Assembly (NCBI GenBank): GCA_964543965.1
Contig: CAZJAX010000002.1
Span: 1-43,451, forward strand
From: an uncultured Planctomycetia bacterium
GTDB taxonomy: Bacteria; Omnitrophota; Gorgyraeia; 2-02-FULL-51-18
DNA: 43,451 nt
Direction: 5' to 3'
Part shown: piece after piece, positions 1 through 9,472 of the stretch
Numbering within the stretch: the stretch's first letter is position 1
Layout: each line of letters begins with the position of its first letter
Made by a program: the position numbers and the translations under genes
The notes under the pieces: generated by a model
The model's input: only the letters and a program-made list of their open reading frames with translations
Databases searched by the model: none
Told to the model about the DNA's origin: nothing

Positions 1-602
1 TTTATACGAAGAAATGCGTGACCGGTGTGGATCTGGCGGTCGAGGGGCCTCGCTTTCCGAATATGAAACTGGTGCGCGGGGACGCGACCGCGCTGCCGTT
101 TCCGGACTCGAGCTTCGATCTCGTTGTCGCGCTTGACGTCTTGGAACATATGCCGAAGGAGCTAAGAGCCAAGGCCGTCGCCGAAGCGGTGCGCGTCGGA
201 AAGAAAAGGATTTACGTCGGTTGTCCTTGCGGCCCGGCGGCGCGCGCCTGGGAACAGAAGCTTTACCGCCGCTACCAAGCTGTCGTCTCCGGCTGGAAGG
301 GGAAGCCGGAGGATCTGGACAAGTTCCGAAAACGGTTTTGGTACATCGTCGAACACACTGAAAATGTTCTTCCGGACCGCCGGGAGCTTGAGCTTTGCCT
401 GAAGCAAGCCGGTGCCGGGCGCTGGAAGCTTATCGAGAACGAGAGCGTTCTTGTGTGGTATTGGAGTGTCACGCGCATGATCCGCGGGAGTCATTGGCGA
501 TGGTTCTTCGTGACAGCTCTTTACATCCTGTTCTTTCCTGTGCTGGCGCGGATCCGTTGGGGCGGCCATTACCGGGATATCTTTGTCCTTGAGAAACCCT
601 GA
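1..602 (+). CDS. Class I SAM-dependent methyltransferase (Methyltransf_11-like), 5'-truncated by the window edge
   Basis: The frame is open to nt 3. The motif LVRGDATALPFPDSSFDLVVALDVLEHMP is a typical post-motif-I/II region of type 11 methyltransferases. The GxGxG motif I is missing, so the gene starts upstream of the window. Confidence 0.75.
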   Translation, partial: YTKKCVTGVDLAVEGPRFPNMKLVRGDATALPFPDSSFDLVVALDVLEHMPKELRAKAVAEAVRVGKKRIYVGCPCGPAARAWEQKLYRRYQAVVSGWKGKPEDLDKFRKRFWYIVEHTENVLPDRRELELCLKQAGAGRWKLIENESVLVWYWSVTRMIRGSHWRWFFVTALYILFFPVLARIRWGGHYRDIFVLEKP

Positions 603-801
603 TTTATGGACGTCGGCCCCTTGAAAGGAATGCGGCTGTCGCGTAAATTCATAAAATAGGCTGTACGAGAATGCTCGTCTGCTCTTTATGAATTCATTTA
701 CGATGCCTTCTTGCAAGTGTCCTCGTGCGAAAAACAGGTTTTTATAATTTATTAAATATGTTAATGTTTAATTAGAATTAGTAAGGCGGGAAGGGGCGGC
801 C

Positions 802-1629
802 ATGATAGATGTAACTATCGTTGTTGTAGGGACTAACGAAAAGGCAGATTTGGAGCGATGTCTGCCTTCGATCCGCAACAGCCGTACTTCCTTCAAGTTC
901 GAGACCATCCTCGTCGACAACGCTTCCACTGACGGCACCTACGAGATGGTCAGTCAAAAATTCCCCGAGATCAAGATCCTGCGGATGGCCCGCAAAGAGG
1001 GGTATATCGACAGCAATAATCGCGCCATGAAGGAGGGGTCGGGCCGGTATTTTCTCCTTCTGAATTCCGATATCGAGCTCAAGCCTGAAACGCTGGACTA
1101 CACGGTGCGCTTCATGGACTCTCACCCTGACGGCGCCGCCGCCTCCTGCAAGCTGCTGTTCGACGACGGCACCTTGCAGTTGACGAGCCGCCGTTTTCCG
1201 ACGCCGCTCGTCTATCTAGCGCGGCTGCCGCATTTTTTTCGATGGCTGGCTTTCATGAAGCCGTTTGCAAAGAGCGCCGTCGTCTCCCGCTACCTCATGA
1301 TGGATTATGACCACGAGACCTCGCGCGCTGTCGACTGGGTCGTTTCGGCATTCTTTCTTCTGAGGCGCAAGGCCATCGAAGAAGTGGGTCCTGTGGGGCA
1401 GGGGCTCCTGCAGCCCTTCTATCTGGAGGATGTCGATTTCTGCTTCCGCGCCCGCGTCAAGGGGTGGAAGACATACTACATCCCGGAAGTCACGGCTTTT
1501 CATTTTTATAAGCGCGGCAGCGTCTCCAGGCTCGGCAAGCTCAGCTTCGTCCACATGGGCAACATTCTGATCTTTTATGCAAAGAACGGTCTCGATATGA
1601 TGCTTGGAAAGCACAAGAGGGCGGCGTGA
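802..1629 (+). CDS. Family 2 glycosyltransferase
   Basis: N-terminus IVVVGTNEKADLERCLPSI...ILVDNASTDGT and NSDIEL (DxD-like) are typical of the GT2 fold. The start follows GGAAGGGG. The stop overlaps the next start. Confidence 0.85.
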   Translation: MIDVTIVVVGTNEKADLERCLPSIRNSRTSFKFETILVDNASTDGTYEMVSQKFPEIKILRMARKEGYIDSNNRAMKEGSGRYFLLLNSDIELKPETLDYTVRFMDSHPDGAAASCKLLFDDGTLQLTSRRFPTPLVYLARLPHFFRWLAFMKPFAKSAVVSRYLMMDYDHETSRAVDWVVSAFFLLRRKAIEEVGPVGQGLLQPFYLEDVDFCFRARVKGWKTYYIPEVTAFHFYKRGSVSRLGKLSFVHMGNILIFYAKNGLDMMLGKHKRAA

Positions 1630-3092
1630 TGAAAATCCTTCTCCTGAATTCTCCCTGGATCAATGATGAGAAGCTCTACGGCATTAAGGCCGGAACGCGC
1701 TGGCCCGAGGTCAGAAAGAAGGATAGAACGCTGCCGTATTTCCCTTTTCCTTATGAAATGGCCTGTACGGTCCCGTATCTCCGGAAGTTCGGGATCCAAG
1801 CGCATATGAAGGACGCGATCGCCGAGGAGCTGGGATCCGAGGAGTGCCTGAAATATTTGGAGGGCCTGAAGCCTGACCTGACGGTCATCGAAGCGTTTCC
1901 GACGTCGCTCAAGGCGGATCTCGCGTTCGCGCGCGACGCCAAGAAGCGGACCGGAACAAAGATCGCATTCTGCGGAGCTCATGCCGACTCGGTGCCTGAA
2001 GAGACGCTGAAAAATGATGAAGTCGACTTCGTGCTCTACGGCGAATATGAAGAGGCGCTGCGCGACATGGCGCCTATTCTCGAAAAGGGGCAGGAGGATT
2101 TTTCATCCGTCAAGGGTCTGGCGTACAAAAGAGATGGGCGGATCATCCTGGGGTCGAAACGCCCGCCGATCGCCAACGTCGACGAGATCCCTGTGCCGGA
2201 CTATTCGGAGCTCCCGTTCAGCAAATACAATGAACCTCTGAGCCGGTATTATCCGAGCGCCCGCATCATGACGACGCGCAGCTGCCCCTACGCATGTCCT
2301 TTCTGTGTCGTGCCGGTCGTGCATGGTCAGGGATACCGCCGCCGCTCGATAGACCTCGTGATGAAAGAGATCGGGGACCTTGTCCGGAACTACGGCGTCC
2401 GCGAGATCTATTTTGACGATGCGTTCGTGACGATCCCTCGCGCTAAAGAGATCGCGGAGGCTCTCCTGAAGCAGAAATTCAGGATCGCCTGGTCGTCCTG
2501 GATGGACTGGAATATCACCGCCCAGGATGTGGCTCTGCTTAAAAAGAGCGGCTGCTATGCGCTGAAGTTCGGCATCGAGTCATCCAACGCGGACATCGTG
2601 AAGTCTATCGGCAAGCCCGTCTATCTCGAAAAGCTGCGCAAGAATATTAAGATTTTCCGAAAAATGGGAATGCTGGTGCACGGTTCCTTCATCCTCGGCA
2701 TGCCCGGGGAGACGCGTCAAAGTCTGCGCGATACGCTCGACATTATTTTTTCCGTAGGACTCACGTCCTGTCAGGTCAGCGTCGCGACCCCGCTGCCTGG
2801 CACGCCATTCTACAAGGAAGCCGTCGAGAAGGGCTGGCTTACGACGACGGATTGGAGCCAATACGAGGGTACGTCCAACCCGGTCATGAACTACCCTGAG
2901 TGTTCACAGCAGGATCTCGCTGACGCGCTGGACGAGGTGGCGCGCCGTAAAGTGAAGATGTTCCTCCGCAATCCGGTCAATGTAGCCAAATATTTCTGGA
3001 AGCTTTTGAAGTTGAAGGGTGTCCGCGGCTTCTGCGCGGAGATCGTAAAAAAGGGCGGTTTTGCCGCCCGCGCCTTCTTTCATAAAAACTGA
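1626..3092 (+). CDS. B12-binding-domain radical SAM protein
   Basis: CxxxCxxC cluster motif TTRSCPYACPFCVVP. The N-terminal ~130 aa look like a cobalamin-binding Rossmann domain (KILLLNSPW...IAFCGAH). GTG at 1626 and ATG at 1629 are both possible starts, and either overlaps the GT2 stop. Confidence 0.8.
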   Translation: MMKILLLNSPWINDEKLYGIKAGTRWPEVRKKDRTLPYFPFPYEMACTVPYLRKFGIQAHMKDAIAEELGSEECLKYLEGLKPDLTVIEAFPTSLKADLAFARDAKKRTGTKIAFCGAHADSVPEETLKNDEVDFVLYGEYEEALRDMAPILEKGQEDFSSVKGLAYKRDGRIILGSKRPPIANVDEIPVPDYSELPFSKYNEPLSRYYPSARIMTTRSCPYACPFCVVPVVHGQGYRRRSIDLVMKEIGDLVRNYGVREIYFDDAFVTIPRAKEIAEALLKQKFRIAWSSWMDWNITAQDVALLKKSGCYALKFGIESSNADIVKSIGKPVYLEKLRKNIKIFRKMGMLVHGSFILGMPGETRQSLRDTLDIIFSVGLTSCQVSVATPLPGTPFYKEAVEKGWLTTTDWSQYEGTSNPVMNYPECSQQDLADALDEVARRKVKMFLRNPVNVAKYFWKLLKLKGVRGFCAEIVKKGGFAARAFFHKN

Positions 3093-4021
3093 TGAGGGTC
3101 TGGCTCGGCATCAAGCACATGCTCGATTCGCGGGGTCTGGCCAAAGGTTTTTATCGCCTCAGCCTGATCCTTAAGCGCTTCGGCTGGACTGCGGACAGGC
3201 AGGTGAAAGGGATCGGTCTTTATGCCGCGATCTTAAAAAGACAGGGCATCCGAGGAACTTTTTTCATTCCAGGCGTCGTGCTCGAGAAGTATTGGAAGGA
3301 TATCCGGCGGATCGATACCGGCAGCGTGGAATGGGGGATACACGGGGATGTCCACACAGATTTTTCGAAATTGATCAGCTCCGATCAAAGGGCGCACACG
3401 AGGAACGCGGTCAGGCTGTTCGACGATCAAGGGCTTAAGTTCTGCGGTTTTCGCGCACCGTATCTCAAGATCAACGAAGGCGCGCTGGACGCGATCGCGG
3501 CGCAGGGACGCTTCAAATACGACTCGAGTTATCCGGTCCTCTGGGACGAGGTGTACGGCAAAGACGAAAAATTTTCAGGATTCATCCGAGATTTTTACCG
3601 GCCGTCGCAGAGCTCATCGTCACGCGCGCTGCCGAGGATGGAAAAGACGCTTGTCGAGATCCCGGTGTCTCTGCCCGACGATGATATTCTGGTGGACCGC
3701 GAGCGTTTACCGCCCGGACGCGTGCTGGAGATCTGGACGAAGATTCTCATGAAGAGCCACGAGAAAGGCGAGGTCTTTGTGCTGCAGCTTCATCCCGAAA
3801 GGATCTTCGAGCTCGGAGAAACGCTGGAATCTTTGATCGAGCGCGCTAAGGCAATGGATCCTCCTGTGTGGATCGCGCCGTTGGGCGAGGTCGCCGGATG
3901 GGCCTCCCAGGGCGGCTGCGAAGGCCGGTGGCCTGCCGGCGCGCGATCGGCTTTCAGCGTCACGGGGGATATCGACTCGATCACTCTTTTTGACTTTATC
4001 GACCGTGTCCGAAAATGGTGA
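3092..4021 (+). CDS. Polysaccharide deacetylase-like (CE4-type) protein
   Basis: GTFFIPGVV and WGIHGDVHTDF (HGxxH metal motif) resemble the NodB/CE4 fold. The start overlaps the preceding stop as TGATG. Confidence 0.55.
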   Translation: MRVWLGIKHMLDSRGLAKGFYRLSLILKRFGWTADRQVKGIGLYAAILKRQGIRGTFFIPGVVLEKYWKDIRRIDTGSVEWGIHGDVHTDFSKLISSDQRAHTRNAVRLFDDQGLKFCGFRAPYLKINEGALDAIAAQGRFKYDSSYPVLWDEVYGKDEKFSGFIRDFYRPSQSSSSRALPRMEKTLVEIPVSLPDDDILVDRERLPPGRVLEIWTKILMKSHEKGEVFVLQLHPERIFELGETLESLIERAKAMDPPVWIAPLGEVAGWASQGGCEGRWPAGARSAFSVTGDIDSITLFDFIDRVRKW

Positions 4022-4653
4022 TCCGCATCTACCCTTTTTTTAAACGCGTCCTCGATGTCGCGGGAAGTTTGGCGCTGCTGCTCTTAACAGCGCCGGCCCT
4101 TCTGGTGACGGCGCTTGTGATACGGCTGGATTCCCCGGGGCCGGCGATATTCCGCCAGAAGAGGGTGGGGCGGGGGCGAAAGCTCTTTACGGCGTATAAG
4201 TTCCGCTCGATGTTTGCGGACAATGATGAAAGCGTGCACAAAAAATACATCGAGCGGCTTCTGGGTCCCGACGCGGAAAGGGCTGCACAGTCCGGCGGAG
4301 TTTTTAAACTCTCGGACGACCCAAGGGTCACCAGGACGGGACGCCTGATACGGCGCCTAAGCATCGATGAGCTGCCGCAGCTATGGAACGTGCTTTTGGG
4401 AGACATGAGTCTCGTAGGTCCGCGGCCGGCCGTGCCTTATGAGCTTGAACACTTCGAGCCGTGGATGTTCGAAAAGTTCTCAGTGAAGCCCGGGATCACG
4501 GGCCTTTGGCAGGTGGAAGGCCGCTCTTCGACCGGATACCGGCAGATGGTGCAAAAGGATATCGAGTATGCGAAGAATTTATCCTGGAGGCTGGATCTGA
4601 GCATTCTCTGCCGGACGCTTGTCGTCGTATTTCAAACAAAGAAAGCCTGTTAA
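4015..4653 (+). CDS. Priming sugar-phosphate transferase (bacterial sugar transferase, PglC/WbaP C-terminal type)
   Basis: One N-terminal re-entrant helix followed by PGPAIFRQKRVGRGRKLFTAYKFRSM and DELPQLWNVLLGDMSLVGPRP. These are hallmark motifs of the Bac_transf family. Confidence 0.9.
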   Translation: MVIRIYPFFKRVLDVAGSLALLLLTAPALLVTALVIRLDSPGPAIFRQKRVGRGRKLFTAYKFRSMFADNDESVHKKYIERLLGPDAERAAQSGGVFKLSDDPRVTRTGRLIRRLSIDELPQLWNVLLGDMSLVGPRPAVPYELEHFEPWMFEKFSVKPGITGLWQVEGRSSTGYRQMVQKDIEYAKNLSWRLDLSILCRTLVVVFQTKKAC

Positions 4654-4669
4654 TAAGGAAAGAATAAAC

Positions 4670-5677
4670 ATGCTCAACGTCGCATTGATCGGCTGCGGTT
4701 ATTGGGGTCCGAACCTGGCACGTAATTTTTTCGAGAACGATAAGTGCCGGCTCATCTGGTGCTGCGATCTGCGCCTCTCGCGCCTGAAGGTCATGCAGAA
4801 CAGGCACCCGTCGCTTAAGATCACCACGGACTTTAACGATGTGCTCAGGGATCCGTCCGTCGATGCGGTCGCGATCGCGACGCCGCTGCCCACTCATCAC
4901 CGCCTGGCAAAGCTTTTTCTCAATGCCGGAAAGCATGTGCTCGTGGAAAAGCCTCTGACGCATAGCTCAAGCTCCGCTGAAGAGCTGATGGATCTGGCTC
5001 GCCGCCGCCGCCGCGTACTCATGGCAGGGTACACCTACATTTACAGTCCTCATGTCCGCAAGATCAAAGAGATCATCGATTCCAGAAAGATCGGGGACGT
5101 GCGCTATGTCCAGTCATCCAGGGTCCACTTCGGCCACCTGAAGCCCAACGAAGGCGTGCTCTGGGATCTGGTTCCCCACGATATCGCGGTCATGCTTCAC
5201 TGGCTGGATCTATCGGAGTGCGACATCTCATGTGCGGGAAATGACTATTTCGGCCGCGGGCACCACGAGACCATATCGCTCAACATCACCTCCAAGACCG
5301 GCCAGGGCATCTATATCTTTACGAGTCTCTTAGCGCCGCTCAAGATGAGGAACATGCTCATCGCCGGCACCAAAAAAATGATCTTTTACAACGACACCCG
5401 CGCCGACGAAAAGATCAAGGTGTTCGACCAATGCGCGACCAAAGCGGAGCGGGGGATGACCGAGGGCCATTTCAACTACAAGACCGGCCACATCTTCTCG
5501 CCCCACGTCGATACGCGGGAGCCGCTGCAGCTCGAGATCGAGGATTTCGTGCGGGCGATCAGAACCGGAAGAGCGCCCTCATCGAGCCCGGCTTTCGCGC
5601 TGAGGATCATCAAGGTGCTCGAGGCCGCCGAGAAGTCGCTTAAGCTCGGCAAAACGATCAAGAAAGTTTCTTTATAA
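4670..5677 (+). CDS. Gfo/Idh/MocA family NAD(P)-dependent oxidoreductase (sugar dehydrogenase type)
   Basis: MLNVALIGCGYWGPN Rossmann start and the EKPL motif (VLVEKPLT). I prefer ATG 4670, preceded by AGGAAAG, over the track start at 4619, which overlaps the upstream gene. Confidence 0.8.
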   Translation: MLNVALIGCGYWGPNLARNFFENDKCRLIWCCDLRLSRLKVMQNRHPSLKITTDFNDVLRDPSVDAVAIATPLPTHHRLAKLFLNAGKHVLVEKPLTHSSSSAEELMDLARRRRRVLMAGYTYIYSPHVRKIKEIIDSRKIGDVRYVQSSRVHFGHLKPNEGVLWDLVPHDIAVMLHWLDLSECDISCAGNDYFGRGHHETISLNITSKTGQGIYIFTSLLAPLKMRNMLIAGTKKMIFYNDTRADEKIKVFDQCATKAERGMTEGHFNYKTGHIFSPHVDTREPLQLEIEDFVRAIRTGRAPSSSPAFALRIIKVLEAAEKSLKLGKTIKKVSL

Positions 5678-5728
5678 TTCCTGGAAAATTTGTAGAATAG
5701 ACTTAAACCTGTAGGTCGGGGGACGGGT

Positions 5729-6472
5729 ATGACGAACATGAAAACGCTGGCGGCTCTTAGCGTCCTGTGCTTTTTTTTCTCGGCGCAGGCTTCCGCAGAA
5801 ACGCGTCCGGCGCCCGCTTATACCAAGCCCAGCATTTCTGCGCCGATTCCCGCTCCTTCATTTTCCTACGTCATCGGCCCCGGCGACCAGCTGGATATCT
5901 CTGTTTGGCGCCACCCGGACCTGGCGGCGAAGGTCATCGTGAGGCCGGACGGCAACATCTCCTTTCCTTTTGTCGGGGAAGTGCGCGCCCTGGACCTGAC
6001 TATCCCGGAGCTCACGGAGAAGATCAGGATCGGTCTGGTGTCTGTCGTAAATCAGCCTGTCGTCACGGTGAACGTGCTCTCGTTCCAGAATCAGAAAGTT
6101 TTTGTGCTGGGTGAAGTCGCGCTTCCGGGCGTGTTCCCTGTCGACGGCCGTATCAGCGTCATTGAAGCGCTGAGCCGTGCTCACGGCTACAAGGCGGACA
6201 CTGCGCAGCTCAACAGCGTGATGGTCATACGCCGCGGCGGTCCGGGGGGAGCCGGCGCCCAAGGCTTCCGGCTGAATATCTGGGATGTCATCAACAAAGG
6301 CGACTTCAGCCAGGACATCACGCTGGCTCCAGGCGACATCGTGTACGTGCCCAAGACCTTCATCGCCAACGTCACGACGTTCATCCAGGAATTCTTCACG
6401 AAGACGGACCCCGCCGTCAAATTTTACCTCGACATGTATGACGCAGTCCATCCCGGGGTGCTGAACCGGTGA
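5729..6472 (+). CDS. Polysaccharide export protein (Wza-like, Poly_export plus SLBB)
   Basis: Signal peptide MKTLAALSVLCFFFSAQASA. YVIGPGDQLDISVW and the GEVALPGVFPV...ISVIEALSRAHG pattern are typical of outer-membrane polysaccharide exporters. Confidence 0.8.
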   Translation: MTNMKTLAALSVLCFFFSAQASAETRPAPAYTKPSISAPIPAPSFSYVIGPGDQLDISVWRHPDLAAKVIVRPDGNISFPFVGEVRALDLTIPELTEKIRIGLVSVVNQPVVTVNVLSFQNQKVFVLGEVALPGVFPVDGRISVIEALSRAHGYKADTAQLNSVMVIRRGGPGGAGAQGFRLNIWDVINKGDFSQDITLAPGDIVYVPKTFIANVTTFIQEFFTKTDPAVKFYLDMYDAVHPGVLNR

Positions 6473-7614
6473 TCCTTAAAGACGTGCTGGCCCGCCGTAA
6501 GCTGGCGGCCGCCGCCGTATTCCTCGTTTTGATCGCGGCGACGCTCGTGAAAGCTTTTTTCTTTTCCACTTTTCAGGCACAAAGCCTTCTTATTGTCGAG
6601 GCCAAAAAAGGCCCTACGACCGTTGAGACCAACGCGCTGGATCCGAGCCAGTTCCTGAGCCTCGTACGCGTTCACAGCCACCTGATGCAGAGCGACCTGA
6701 TCCTCAAAAAGGTCGTGACAGAGCTGGAGCTTTACCGCGAAGACGATTCTGTTTTCGGCGGGAAGCCCAGGACGGGCGCCCTCTCCGAAAGAGCCAAGGA
6801 AAAAGCCGTACAGGAAGCGATGGCGTCTCTGCGCCGATCCAAACTGGCGATCTCTTCGCCGCCGTTCACCAATCTTATCGAAGTCCGTGTGCGCCACAAG
6901 AACGCGGAAACGGCCGCCGCCATTGTCAACAGCCTCGTGAAGAATTATCTGCTCTGGAACGTCGGCTTTCAGCACGAAGAGGCCGACCGGCTGCTTGAGT
7001 ACCTCGAGAGCGAGACCGCGGCCGTGGGCGGTCACTTGGAGGAGACGGAGCTGCGCCTGCGCGATTTCAAGGACGAAAACCAGATCACCGACCTGTCCGA
7101 GGAGATCAAAGCGTATTTCCAGATACTGCCCGAGCGCTATAAGTCGCACTATGAGCTGATCCAGGCGGGTGAGGTGAAGCTCCTGGATCTCACGGTGGAG
7201 AGGAACCGGCTGCGCGAGCTTTACGCGGAGCAGAGCCCGCAGATCACGTATTTGGGCGATACGATCGATGAGGTTAAGCGGCAGCTCGACGGGAAGCTCA
7301 CCCAGAAGGAGCTCGAAGACGGATTCTTAAAGACGCTGAAGCATACGCCGGAAAAAGAGATGATGCTTGCGCGCCTCACCCGCGAGATCAAGATCCAGGA
7401 GAGCCTCTACGTGTTCCTGCTGGACGAAAAGGCGAAGGCGCGTCTTTTGAAAGCCAAGCAGAACGTGGAAGGAGTCAAGGTGGTTTCGTTCGCGGACGTG
7501 CCGCTCAAGCCTTCGGGCCGCATGAAGACCCTTCTTTTGGGCGCTATCGCGTCATTTTTGTTCACGATGCTGGCGATCGTCGTCATGGAAGCGGGCAAGG
7601 CGATCTCGCGATGA
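6469..7614 (+). CDS. Polysaccharide chain-length determinant (Wzz/GumC-like), no C-terminal tyrosine kinase domain
   Basis: N- and C-terminal TM helices flank a long coiled-coil periplasmic region, and the C-terminal PxKPSGR motif (PLKPSGRMKT) precedes the last TM. The GTG start overlaps the preceding stop as GTGA. Confidence 0.65.
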   Translation: MILKDVLARRKLAAAAVFLVLIAATLVKAFFFSTFQAQSLLIVEAKKGPTTVETNALDPSQFLSLVRVHSHLMQSDLILKKVVTELELYREDDSVFGGKPRTGALSERAKEKAVQEAMASLRRSKLAISSPPFTNLIEVRVRHKNAETAAAIVNSLVKNYLLWNVGFQHEEADRLLEYLESETAAVGGHLEETELRLRDFKDENQITDLSEEIKAYFQILPERYKSHYELIQAGEVKLLDLTVERNRLRELYAEQSPQITYLGDTIDEVKRQLDGKLTQKELEDGFLKTLKHTPEKEMMLARLTREIKIQESLYVFLLDEKAKARLLKAKQNVEGVKVVSFADVPLKPSGRMKTLLLGAIASFLFTMLAIVVMEAGKAISR

Positions 7615-7630
7615 CGGCGGCAGTCCTCGT

Positions 7631-9091
7631 TTGAAAATAAAAGAATGGCTCTGGCTGGCATCGGTCGCAGCCGCCGGATCCCTCCTTCTATTCGTCTGCC
7701 CGATGAAGTACGTCCTCGGCATCCTCGGGATCGCAACGGTCGTGCTTTTCGCCGCCAGAAAGCCGGACTACGCCGTTTTTTTTCTGATCCTGATCATTCC
7801 TTTCGCGCGCATTCCTTACCTGACCGACTATGTCGAGCTTTTACGCCTCATCCTTTTCTCGGTCGTGTCTCTGGCATGGATCATCCTGAGAAATACGGAC
7901 GACCTTAAGAAATTCTTCCGCGGAAACCCTATGAATCTCTACTTCATCGTGTTTGCCGTCATGATCGCAGCCAACCTGCTCTTGGTCGCGCAGCCGCAGG
8001 CGCTGAGGTTCAAGACGGCGGCGACGCATATCCTGGCGTTCATCTACTTCTACTTTTTTTTGGATTTTTTCCATCAGAGGCGGCGCATGAAGATCTCGCT
8101 GTATCTCGTGATCGCCGTCTCCTGCATCGTCAGCCTGATCGCCATCGCGCAGTATTTCGTGCTGCAGTACAAGATCGACCTCGGACCCTTCCAGCGCGTC
8201 ATCCTGCCTCCTATTCTGCGCCAGCAGCAGCTCACCGAGTCATCGCAGACGCTCGTGCTTCTGGGGTACCGCAGCATGGGCACGTTCTTTCATCCCAATA
8301 TGATGGGCATTTACGTCTCTTTGGTTTTTCCGGTCTGCCTGGCTCTCGGATGTACGGCGCAGAAACGCTGGGAGAGGGCATTTCTGTTCGGCGCGCTGCT
8401 TTTGCTTCTAACCGCGGCGTTTGCGGCGGATTCGCGCGGCAGCTTCTTAAGTATATTTTTCACCTCGGCCGTTCTCGTCACATTCTTCTGGGAGCGCGTG
8501 CCGAAAGCGGCGTTTGCAGCCGTGGCCGTCGCGGGGGCGGGCGCGGCGGCGCTCATCCATCTGAATAACCCCAGCTATTTTCGCTTCGATCAGATACTTT
8601 CTTACCGCGACATCATCTGGAGCAACAGTTTCAGGCTTTTTCTTGAGCATCCCGCGGCGGGATCAGGGCTGGGGACTTTTTCACAAAGCTATTTTTCAAG
8701 ATTCAGCTTCCCGTCGATGAACGATTTCTATTTCCACATGACGGAAATCAAGCTGATGGGCAGCATTGTTCCGCTCGGCGGCTTCCACGCGCACAATCTC
8801 TTCCTGCAGTACGGCGTCGAAATGGGAATTTTTGCAGTGCTTTGGGTTTTTCTATTTTTCGGCATCGTGTTCCACCATTTTTTTTCGCGAGTTTGGCGCG
8901 CAATGAAGGTGCTGCGGCCCCTGGAAACCGGCGCGGCCGTCGGCGGATCGGTCTGCTTCGCCGGAAATTTTATTTTCAGTTTTTTTGAGGGGATGACTTT
9001 ATTTTATGATTTTTCAATCGCGATGATGTGCGCTCTGATCCTGGCCGCGGTATTCGCATCGCTTCTCGATGCGCGGGGCGGATCTGCTTAG
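7631..9091 (+). CDS. O-antigen ligase / Wzy-type polymerase family membrane protein
   Basis: At least 10 predicted TM helices with a central FAADSRGSFLS loop motif, typical of the Wzy_C/O-antigen ligase family. The TTG start at 7631 is uncertain; ATG 7703 is an alternative. Confidence 0.65.
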   Translation: MKIKEWLWLASVAAAGSLLLFVCPMKYVLGILGIATVVLFAARKPDYAVFFLILIIPFARIPYLTDYVELLRLILFSVVSLAWIILRNTDDLKKFFRGNPMNLYFIVFAVMIAANLLLVAQPQALRFKTAATHILAFIYFYFFLDFFHQRRRMKISLYLVIAVSCIVSLIAIAQYFVLQYKIDLGPFQRVILPPILRQQQLTESSQTLVLLGYRSMGTFFHPNMMGIYVSLVFPVCLALGCTAQKRWERAFLFGALLLLLTAAFAADSRGSFLSIFFTSAVLVTFFWERVPKAAFAAVAVAGAGAAALIHLNNPSYFRFDQILSYRDIIWSNSFRLFLEHPAAGSGLGTFSQSYFSRFSFPSMNDFYFHMTEIKLMGSIVPLGGFHAHNLFLQYGVEMGIFAVLWVFLFFGIVFHHFFSRVWRAMKVLRPLETGAAVGGSVCFAGNFIFSFFEGMTLFYDFSIAMMCALILAAVFASLLDARGGSA

Positions 9092-9456
9092 GCGGAAGAT
9101 TTCCTTCTGAAGAGGGCGGCTAGAAGGAAGAATGCTGCGATGCCCAGACTGTCAAATAGCACGTCCCGAATGTTTCCGCTGCGGCCCTGCACGGACATCT
9201 GGTGCACCTCATCGGAAACCGCGTAAAGAAAAGCGGTTGAGGCGGGACAGATCACCGAAAAAATGAGCCCAGGTCTGAACGTATCCTCAAAAGCGCGCTT
9301 CAAAAGAAGCGTGAGGATCAGGTATTCTCCTGCGTGCGCGCATTTTCTAAGGATGAAATCATAGGATAGGCTTGTTTTTAAAGAGGGGACGCCCGAAAGA
9401 TAAAAGATCATGGCAGCCCATAGCGCGGCGGGCAGCCATGATCTTAGAAGCTTCAT
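9088..9456 (-). CDS. VanZ family membrane protein
   Basis: KCAHAGEYLILTLLL ... SDEVHQ ... GRSGNIRDVLFDSLG is the VanZ-like signature. I start at the internal MKLL (9456). The longer track ORF (to 9531) has an Arg/Ser-rich extension overlapping the desaturase gene. Confidence 0.7.
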   Translation of the reverse strand: MKLLRSWLPAALWAAMIFYLSGVPSLKTSLSYDFILRKCAHAGEYLILTLLLKRAFEDTFRPGLIFSVICPASTAFLYAVSDEVHQMSVQGRSGNIRDVLFDSLGIAAFFLLAALFRRKSSA

Positions 9457-9472
9457 GCTGCGAAGCCGGCCC

